Below are positions 58,733 through 64,000 of a stretch of DNA of 64,000 nucleotides, piece after piece. The stretch is taken from positions 107,028 to 171,027 of IMG/VR virus record IMGVR_UViG_3300023174_000053, one strand, 5' to 3'. Numbering within the stretch: position 1 is the stretch's first letter; every line of letters starts with the position of its first letter. Origin of the DNA: a virus. The position numbers were made by a program, and so were the translations under genes. The notes under the pieces are model-generated. The model did no database searches. It was not told the DNA's origin and was given only the letters and a program-made list of their open reading frames with translations.

Positions 58733-58966
58733 TCACACGGCATCAGCATCCTCAAGCAATTCTGGGCAGTAATCTGTAACTTCTGTGAGAAGTTCTTCGT
58801 CAGTATAATCAGTAAGATTTTCTACCATAGTATCATAAACAAAACGTTCCATAGTTTTGTAATCCATACCCTCAATCATTTGCTGGACGTAATCTTCAAC
58901 AAGTTGGTCACGGTCAATGTTTTTCATTTTTTCAAATTCAAGGATTTCAGTATAAAGGTCAGACAT
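58733..58966 (-). CDS. hypothetical acidic protein
   Basis: 77-aa ORF, coupled. Confidence 0.7.
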   Translation of the reverse strand: MSDLYTEILEFEKMKNIDRDQLVEDYVQQMIEGMDYKTMERFVYDTMVENLTDYTDEELLTEVTDYCPELLEDADAV

Positions 58967-59184
58967 TAAACATCAATTTCAGCAAGTTTCTTTTGTTTCC
59001 GCAAGTCGGTAATCGTCATTTGAAGATCAGCAATATCCTCATACAATACTTCTGCTTCATCAGAAAGATTGTAATAATGATAATCAGACCTTGCTTTCTT
59101 CATTTGCTTGAGAAGTTTCTCATACTTCTTCTTTGATTCTTTGAGATCCTTTTCGTAATCTTGAATAGACTTTGAGTAATTCAT
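58966..59184 (-). CDS. coiled-coil hypothetical protein
   Basis: 72-aa ORF with heptad pattern. Confidence 0.7.
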   Translation of the reverse strand: MNYSKSIQDYEKDLKESKKKYEKLLKQMKKARSDYHYYNLSDEAEVLYEDIADLQMTITDLRKQKKLAEIDV

Positions 59185-59306
59185 TTGCGTAGAGGAGAAT
59201 TACGAAAACGACGGAAAGAAGTAAAGACGATGAGAGCAGTTGATGCTATACCGATAAGACCTAAAAATGTAATCCAGTCTCCGGTGAAGTCTAGTGTTTG
59301 AGGCAT
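59181..59306 (-). CDS. small single-pass membrane protein
   Basis: MPQTLDFTGDWITFLGLIGIASTALIVFTSFRRF; follows the promoter at 59329. Confidence 0.6.
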   Translation of the reverse strand: MPQTLDFTGDWITFLGLIGIASTALIVFTSFRRFRNSPLRK

Positions 59307-59393
59307 TTGCTTGTTTGTGAACTCTGTTAGTATAGCACCTTTTGGGTGCGGAATCAAGGGCAAAGGGACGGTTGCTGAACTGTCCCAAGGCAA

Positions 59394-59648
59394 TCACTGG
59401 TCGGTTGAATTGTAAAAGAGAAAATCAACAACACGATTAGTGTTTGTCGTAATACTATTTACAATACTTTCACCATTATCTTCCCAATACAACTGAAATG
59501 CGGTGTAGGCATAAGATACAACACCAACCACAACCGCACAAATTGTAGCAAGAATGAAGATAAAATCTTCACCAAGTTTTACATAATCAAGTTTCCTCAG
59601 GGAATTGTAAAAACCATCAACAGGAGGAAATCCAAAAGTTTGTTCCAT
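59394..59648 (-). CDS. membrane protein
   Basis: Likely start MEQTF; one hydrophobic helix. Confidence 0.65.
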   Translation of the reverse strand: MEQTFGFPPVDGFYNSLRKLDYVKLGEDFIFILATICAVVVGVVSYAYTAFQLYWEDNGESIVNSITTNTNRVVDFLFYNSTDQ

Positions 59649-59749
59649 TTTAGTTAGAAATAAAAAAGAGTGGTCTGCTTTGACCACTCCTTTAATATAC
59701 CACGTTTTGGGGTCTGTGCCGGTTTAGTGTGCCAGTTCAGGAAGTGGTC

Positions 59750-60259
59750 TCACTTCTTTGGATGCTTTTTGAGAAACTCCTGTGCTTGGTCTGCTTTTTT
59801 TTGTTTTTGAAAAGGAAGTTCTCCACTTTTATACTTTCGTAGGTGTTCATCACGAACTTCTTGACTTTCTTTTTCTCTTTTCTCATAATCATCTTGATTT
59901 TTAGCACCACCCATTCCTTCCACAATACTTTCCCTCCAATCTTCACTCATATTGACCATAATGATTTCTGCTTGTTCTTGTGTTTCAGCATAACCTTCAT
60001 CAAGTAAGTGAGAAAGAATGATGTCGTAGAGGTCATAACTATCAGAAACCACTTTACTATCTCTTGTTCCTGTTATTTGACTTACTCTTGAAATAAGTTT
60101 TCCTGCTTCGGGACTTCCAGGTTTTGATTTTAAAAATTTTGATTTCAATTCTTTTGCTTTTGCGTCCATCTTTCCAACAGGAAGAGGTGTCTTTGCTTCA
60201 TCAAGTCCATAAACATCCATATATGCTTCTTGAAGATTGTGAAGGTCTTGTGAGTTCAT
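59750..60259 (-). CDS. late-promoter-driven protein carrying the 'DLYDIILSHLLDEGYA..AE.IMVNMSEDW' module
   Basis: ATAAATA at 60281; N-terminal ..L.NLQEAY..VY. Confidence 0.75.
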   Translation of the reverse strand: MNSQDLHNLQEAYMDVYGLDEAKTPLPVGKMDAKAKELKSKFLKSKPGSPEAGKLISRVSQITGTRDSKVVSDSYDLYDIILSHLLDEGYAETQEQAEIIMVNMSEDWRESIVEGMGGAKNQDDYEKREKESQEVRDEHLRKYKSGELPFQKQKKADQAQEFLKKHPKK

Positions 60260-60286
60260 CTTTACAAATACTTTTTTATGTATTTA

Positions 60287-60553
60287 TCAAGAATGAAGTT
60301 GTAAATGCTCCTGCCAAGCAGCAGAAAGTCTTTCATTCGCAGTCATAAGAGGTTCCCCACCAGAATTATCATAAAGATAATAAGGTGTTGGGTCATAATT
60401 CACGATGTCTTCAATCATAGAAATGACTTCTTCAAGGGTATTCACATCAGATTGATTGAGGGTCATATCCATCATATGAAGTGAGTTTTCAAACTTCACA
60501 ATCTCCTTCAACTCTTTGTAAATCCGTTCCAGTTTTTGTGTAGAAAGTTCCAT
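60287..60553 (-). CDS. hypothetical protein
   Basis: GEP.MTANER...AW..H motif. Confidence 0.7.
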   Translation of the reverse strand: MELSTQKLERIYKELKEIVKFENSLHMMDMTLNQSDVNTLEEVISMIEDIVNYDPTPYYLYDNSGGEPLMTANERLSAAWQEHLQLHS

Positions 60554-60816
60554 TACCATTCACCTCGTTGAACAAGAATTTTTTTGATTTCAATGTAAAT
60601 AAACTGTTTCAGTTTCTCATCATTTGTATTTTCAAAAGCAGCATACAATCGTTTCAAGTAATCTTCTTGCTTTACGACATTAACGACTTTTGCGTTAGTT
60701 ACACCAATATCACGCATAGAAGAACCTGCTTTTGCTTTTGGTCTTCCAAAGTTTCCTGTTACATTACCTTGTGTGCGAAGTTTAGGTTTGATTTTGGAAA
60801 GGTTTGAAGTAATCAT
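60553..60816 (-). CDS. basic hypothetical protein
   Basis: SKIKPKLRTQG.V.GNFG..K.KAGS. Confidence 0.75.
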   Translation of the reverse strand: MITSNLSKIKPKLRTQGNVTGNFGRPKAKAGSSMRDIGVTNAKVVNVVKQEDYLKRLYAAFENTNDEKLKQFIYIEIKKILVQRGEW

Positions 60817-61094
60817 CGGATGTTTTTGAGTATCAGTTCAATTTCTACTAGTTTTTTGTATTCTTTTACATATTGTTCATCATCACCACCATTGGAAGTA
60901 ATAAATTCATAGTATTTCACTAATCCATTTACAAGTCTTTTGATGAGTTGTAGTGTGAAATCCACAGAACCAACTTTCTCATCCAGAGAACAAATAAAAT
61001 CTTTTAGTTGTTCTTTATCTAAAGAAAAGAAAATATCATTTTCTAATTCGTCAATTGGTTTTGTGATGGTTGCGTGAATATCAATGCTAGACAT
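60813..61094 (-). CDS. hypothetical protein
   Basis: GAGG RBS; follows the promoter at 61117. Confidence 0.7.
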   Translation of the reverse strand: MSSIDIHATITKPIDELENDIFFSLDKEQLKDFICSLDEKVGSVDFTLQLIKRLVNGLVKYYEFITSNGGDDEQYVKEYKKLVEIELILKNIR

Positions 61095-61185
61095 TTTCCT
61101 CTGCTTGTGTCCTCTTATTATAGCAGGTCCTACGACCTGTGCTCATTTAGTGTGCCAGTGCTACAAGTGGCACAGCACTATCCAA

Positions 61186-61563
61186 TCACTCGTCGTCTAA
61201 CTCCACATCTTTTACAAGGTCTTTTAGTCTATCAAAGAAATCTTCATCAAGTGGAACTGTCTCCACCTTACCAGTTCTTACATCTTCTGCCATTTCCATA
61301 AGATACTCAAGGAACTCTTTGGGATAAACCTCATCTTCTCCAAGAGTTGCCCAGAACCATTCAATACATTCTTCTTCTGGGTTTTCTGCTGTTCTTGGTA
61401 GTGCATAATTCTCATAGTTGTTACCCATCAAGTCTGCCCAGATGCGGAAAGTATCACCAATACTCTGCCATCCAGTCATCCAGCAGTGTAGAATCCAATA
61501 CTCAAACCAGTTGAGTGTGGTTTTCTTTTTATCAGTTGCTAGTAGTGGTTTTGAGAATGTCAT
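61186..61563 (-). CDS. Trp-rich hypothetical protein
   Basis: 125-aa ORF; GGAG RBS; ATGA overlap. Confidence 0.75.
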   Translation of the reverse strand: MTFSKPLLATDKKKTTLNWFEYWILHCWMTGWQSIGDTFRIWADLMGNNYENYALPRTAENPEEECIEWFWATLGEDEVYPKEFLEYLMEMAEDVRTGKVETVPLDEDFFDRLKDLVKDVELDDE

Positions 61564-61874
61564 TTGATTTCTCCATTTTGTGACGGTAATGTAGGTGCCA
61601 CTGGAACTGTAGGAACAGTAGGTGAAACTACTGGTGTAGGAAGCACGGGAGCAGGAGGAGTAGCAGGTTCAGTGGAAACAATAGGAGAAGGAACAGAAGG
61701 TTCTGTCACCACTGCTGACTTCTCATTCAGTTTTTGTTGAAGTTGTTCAATTTGTTGTTGTTGTGATTGATCTTCGTGTTTTTTATTTTCAATATTATAA
61801 TACACAGTTGCGACTGTCACAGAAATGGTAAGGAGGGCAGATACTGTGCCGATAGTAGAACTAAATTTGTTCAT
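61560..61874 (-). CDS. membrane-anchored protein with coiled coil and Pro-rich tail
   Basis: N-terminal hydrophobic helix, Q-rich coil, PxP repeats. Confidence 0.7.
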   Translation of the reverse strand: MNKFSSTIGTVSALLTISVTVATVYYNIENKKHEDQSQQQQIEQLQQKLNEKSAVVTEPSVPSPIVSTEPATPPAPVLPTPVVSPTVPTVPVAPTLPSQNGEIK

Positions 61875-61942
61875 CAGTTCATCAAGTAACTTACATATTA
61901 TAGGGTATTTTTAGGGATATTGGTGTTCATCTTGTGCCAGTT

Positions 61943-62281
61943 CTACAACTGTTCTTCAATTACATCTGCGATTTGTTCAAAGGTATATGCATTATCATTA
62001 AGATTCGCAAAAGTTCTTGCATTAATATCAAGTAGATTATGATTTGGAATACCAGACCATTCTACCACAGAAAGAGGAAGATCTGCCACCCCATCTTGAA
62101 AAACATAAACATTGTCATCATATCTTGAAGGTTCCCATTCTAAGTTGTTCTCTTTGATATAAAGATCACAAAGAACTCCTAGACAACAGAACCCATATTC
62201 GTCGTGAAGATGACGTTGAGTTTGCTTATATTCACCAGACCGAAGGGCACTAACCCATTTTTGTTTGATTTGAGGATTCAT
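61943..62281 (-). CDS. conserved phage protein, tandem paralog 2
   Basis: W..ALRSGEYKQ....L.....FCCLGVLCD ...LND....F..IA..IE. Confidence 0.8.
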   Translation of the reverse strand: MNPQIKQKWVSALRSGEYKQTQRHLHDEYGFCCLGVLCDLYIKENNLEWEPSRYDDNVYVFQDGVADLPLSVVEWSGIPNHNLLDINARTFANLNDNAYTFEQIADVIEEQL

Positions 62282-62289
62282 AAGGATTT

Positions 62290-62631
62290 CTACAACTGTT
62301 CTTCAATCAGATTTGCGATTTCAATAAAGGTGCTTCCAGCATCATTAAGTCCCGTAAGAGTTGATTTTCCGACATTAACATGTGGATTATAATCTTCCAG
62401 ATCTGCCCATTCTACCACAGAGAGAGGAAGAGATGCCACCATATCTTGGAACATATAAACATTACCATTATGCCTTGAAGATTCCCATTCTAACTGATTT
62501 TCTTTCCCATAAAGGTCACAAAGAACTCCTAGGCAACAGAAACCATCTTCGTCGCGAAGACGACGTTGAGTTTGCTTATATTCACCAGACCGAAGGGCAT
62601 AAACCCATTTTTGTTTGATTTGAGGATTCAT
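62290..62631 (-). CDS. conserved phage protein, tandem paralog 1
   Basis: Same motifs; identical first 10 aa and C-terminal IEEQL. Confidence 0.8.
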   Translation of the reverse strand: MNPQIKQKWVYALRSGEYKQTQRRLRDEDGFCCLGVLCDLYGKENQLEWESSRHNGNVYMFQDMVASLPLSVVEWADLEDYNPHVNVGKSTLTGLNDAGSTFIEIANLIEEQL

Positions 62632-62704
62632 AAAAGTTTCAGGTGGTTATGAAGTCATTATAGTGTATTTTTAGAGATATTGGTGTTCCTCTTGTGCCAG
62701 TTCG

Positions 62705-62890
62705 TCAAGTGTTTTTCAATAAACAATTTTTCCAAGGGAATTTATCAAATTTACAACCTAATAATTTGGCAATTTCCATCGCAGTTTCTACTGTCGTGGT
62801 ATCTGTTTCAAGTTCTTCTAATGAAGCAAATTGGAGAAAAAATGAATACGCATCATCAGAAAAATCTTTTGATGGAATATAATCCATCAT
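62705..62890 (-). CDS. hypothetical protein
   Basis: ORF coupled (TGATG) to 62890..63060. Confidence 0.55.
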   Translation of the reverse strand: MMDYIPSKDFSDDAYSFFLQFASLEELETDTTTVETAMEIAKLLGCKFDKFPWKNCLLKNT

Positions 62891-63060
62891 CAAGTGTCTA
62901 CAAGAGTCTCCACATAAACATCACTCACAGAAACACTACCTTTACACAAATAAAAGGAACGCAATTGTTTCGCAGTCATATCACTATTGACCAGAAACTG
63001 AATGCTTACCGTCGCACCATCCACAAGACTTGAAAGAACCACAGCAAATTTGTTATGCAT
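62890..63060 (-). CDS. 56-aa hypothetical protein directly downstream of the Gly/Tyr array (not in ORF track)
   Basis: MHNKFAVVLSSLVDGATVSIQFLVNSDMTAKQLRSFYLCKGSVSVSDVYVETLVDT; uses the AGGAGG RBS of the last array unit. Confidence 0.6.
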   Translation of the reverse strand: MHNKFAVVLSSLVDGATVSIQFLVNSDMTAKQLRSFYLCKGSVSVSDVYVETLVDT

Positions 63061-63065
63061 TTTTA

Positions 63066-63326
63066 TCACCTCCTACGAGTTCTTGTGGATATTGTAGCAC
63101 AACCATATCCACCTCCATAACCATAACCATATCCACCTCCATAAGCATCACCATATCCATAACCATAACCATCACCAGACCCATCCCCATCACCATCTCC
63201 ATATTCATCACCATCACCAAATCCATTACCATATCCATCACCAAATCCATTACCATATCCATCACCAAATCCATATGTATAACCATATACATTACCACAA
63301 CCAACGGGATAAAGGAATTCAGTCAT
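63066..63326 (-). CDS. Gly/Tyr-rich microprotein, array unit 4
   Basis: MTEFLYPVG-(GY core)-CATISTRTRRR; AGGAGG RBS. Confidence 0.75.
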   Translation of the reverse strand: MTEFLYPVGCGNVYGYTYGFGDGYGNGFGDGYGNGFGDGDEYGDGDGDGSGDGYGYGYGDAYGGGYGYGYGGGYGCATISTRTRRR

Positions 63327-63328
63327 TT

Positions 63329-63676
63329 CTAGTGCCTCCTACGAGTTGTTGTTGATGTTGATATTGTGGCATCACCATACCCATAACCATATTCATCACC
63401 ATTGCCATATCCATAACCATATCCATCACCATTGCCATATCCATTACGATAACCATATCCATCACCATACCCATAACCATATCCATTACCATACCCATCA
63501 CCACAACCATATCCATAACCATAACCACAACCATAACCATATCCACCACCATACCCATTACCATAACCATAACCATAACCATATCCATCACCATACCCAT
63601 TACCATTACCATAACCATATCCATCACAATATCCATTACCATACCCATTACCAATGGGATAAAAGTATTCAGTCAT
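63329..63676 (-). CDS. Gly/Tyr-rich microprotein, array unit 3
   Basis: MTEYFYPIG-(GY core)-DATISTSTTTRRRH; AGGAGG RBS before the ATG at 63676. Confidence 0.75.
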   Translation of the reverse strand: MTEYFYPIGNGYGNGYCDGYGYGNGNGYGDGYGYGYGYGNGYGGGYGYGCGYGYGYGCGDGYGNGYGYGYGDGYGYRNGYGNGDGYGYGYGNGDEYGYGYGDATISTSTTTRRRH

Positions 63677-63678
63677 TT

Positions 63679-63921
63679 TTACCACCTCCTACGAGTTCTT
63701 GTGGATATTGTGGCATAACCACGTCCATATCCATTACCATATCCATCACCATATCCAACACCGTATCCACCATATCCAGAACCAGATTGATAACCAGATT
63801 TATAATAACTAACAAGTCCATAACCATCACAATCACCATATCCATAACTATTTAAATCACCGTCACCATTGCCATATCCATTACCATAACCATCACCAAC
63901 GGGATAAAAGTATTCAGTCAT
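63679..63921 (-). CDS. Gly/Tyr-rich microprotein, array unit 2
   Basis: MTEYFYPVG-(GY core)-YATISTRTRRRW; AGGAGG RBS. Confidence 0.75.
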   Translation of the reverse strand: MTEYFYPVGDGYGNGYGNGDGDLNSYGYGDCDGYGLVSYYKSGYQSGSGYGGYGVGYGDGYGNGYGRGYATISTRTRRRW

Positions 63922-63923
63922 TT

Positions 63924-63998
63924 CTAGTGCCTCCTACGAGTTCTTGTGGATATTGTAGCACAACCATATCCATCACCATAACCATAACCATAACCATC
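63924..63998 (-). CDS. Gly/Tyr-rich microprotein, array unit 1 (3' end only, truncated by window)
   Basis: Manual translation ...DGYGYGYGYGDGYGCATISTRTRRRH*. Confidence 0.7.
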   Translation of the reverse strand, partial: DGYGYGYGDGYGCATISTRTRRRH

Positions 63999-64000
63999 AC

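Larger units (their letters stand above)
46406..62716 (-). repeat. dispersed promoter-associated repeat family (~18 copies): TGTGCCA-N10-TGGCACA plus extended -10
   Basis: Left arms at 46441, 47260, 48288, 48937, 49693, 50793, 52313 (variant), 53275, 55130, 55409 (half), 56302, 58449, 58714, 59364 (variant), 59728, 61151, 61933, 62693; each 28-30 nt from a TAnnnT box. Confidence 0.9.

Noticed and set aside
46498-59687. Long N-terminal extensions given by the ORF track for several early genes (47235, 49688, 50817, 55163, 56417, 58729, 59393)
   Set aside because: They run through the promoter elements; the downstream starts are more plausible.
46441-61174. Sigma54 promoters, suggested by TGGCAC
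   Set aside because: No TTGC at the -12 position; each site is half of a palindrome tied to a sigma70-type -10; cyanobacteria lack sigma54.
63030-63855. His-rich and Ile/Thr-rich plus-strand ORFs, and Met/Val/Asp-rich minus-strand ORFs
   Set aside because: Shadow frames of the GGN-TAY repeats, which lack stop codons. Only the GY frame has an RBS, conserved starts and conserved stops.
63066-64000. CRISPR array interpretation of the repeat-spacer pattern
   Set aside because: Spacers are about 200-300 nt, low-complexity and coding; the repeats contain RBS, start and stop; no cas genes are in the window.

Overview
A 64-kb piece of an AT-rich T4-like myophage genome. Gene content and order point to a cyanomyovirus, possibly freshwater; this is inference. 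Essentially all credible genes are on the minus strand. 1-41.1 kb is the late morphogenesis module: gp20 (partial), gp19, gp18, gp17, gp16, gp15, gp14, gp13, a VrlC/DUF4815-like giant, gp8, an apparently two-part gp7 with two fibre genes between the parts, gp6 and gp25. T4-type late promoters (TAAATA core) precede many of these genes. 41.1-43.8 kb holds small conserved genes, including speD and a GT2-like protein. 43.85-45.2 kb is a gene-free control region. It contains 12 co-oriented AACGAA repeats, 8 perfect TTTTCCACA boxes (the cyanobacterial DnaA-box sequence) and two divergent consensus sigma70 promoters, and is a candidate origin or DnaA-titration locus. 45.2-63 kb is a hypervariable early region of small ORFs, punctuated by about 18 copies of a promoter element: TGTGCCA-N10-TGGCACA fixed 28-30 nt upstream of an extended -10, usually with no -35. 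This region includes an ArdA-like protein, an SF2 helicase, an HNH nuclease, a metallophosphoesterase, a methyltransferase/putative endonuclease pair and an unusual long-variable-arm tRNA-Thr(UGU). The window ends in a tandem array of at least 4 translationally coupled Gly/Tyr low-complexity microproteins with constant ends (MTE[YF][FL]YP[VI]G and ATIST..TRRR) and variable cores. Family names come from motif recognition; no database search was run.
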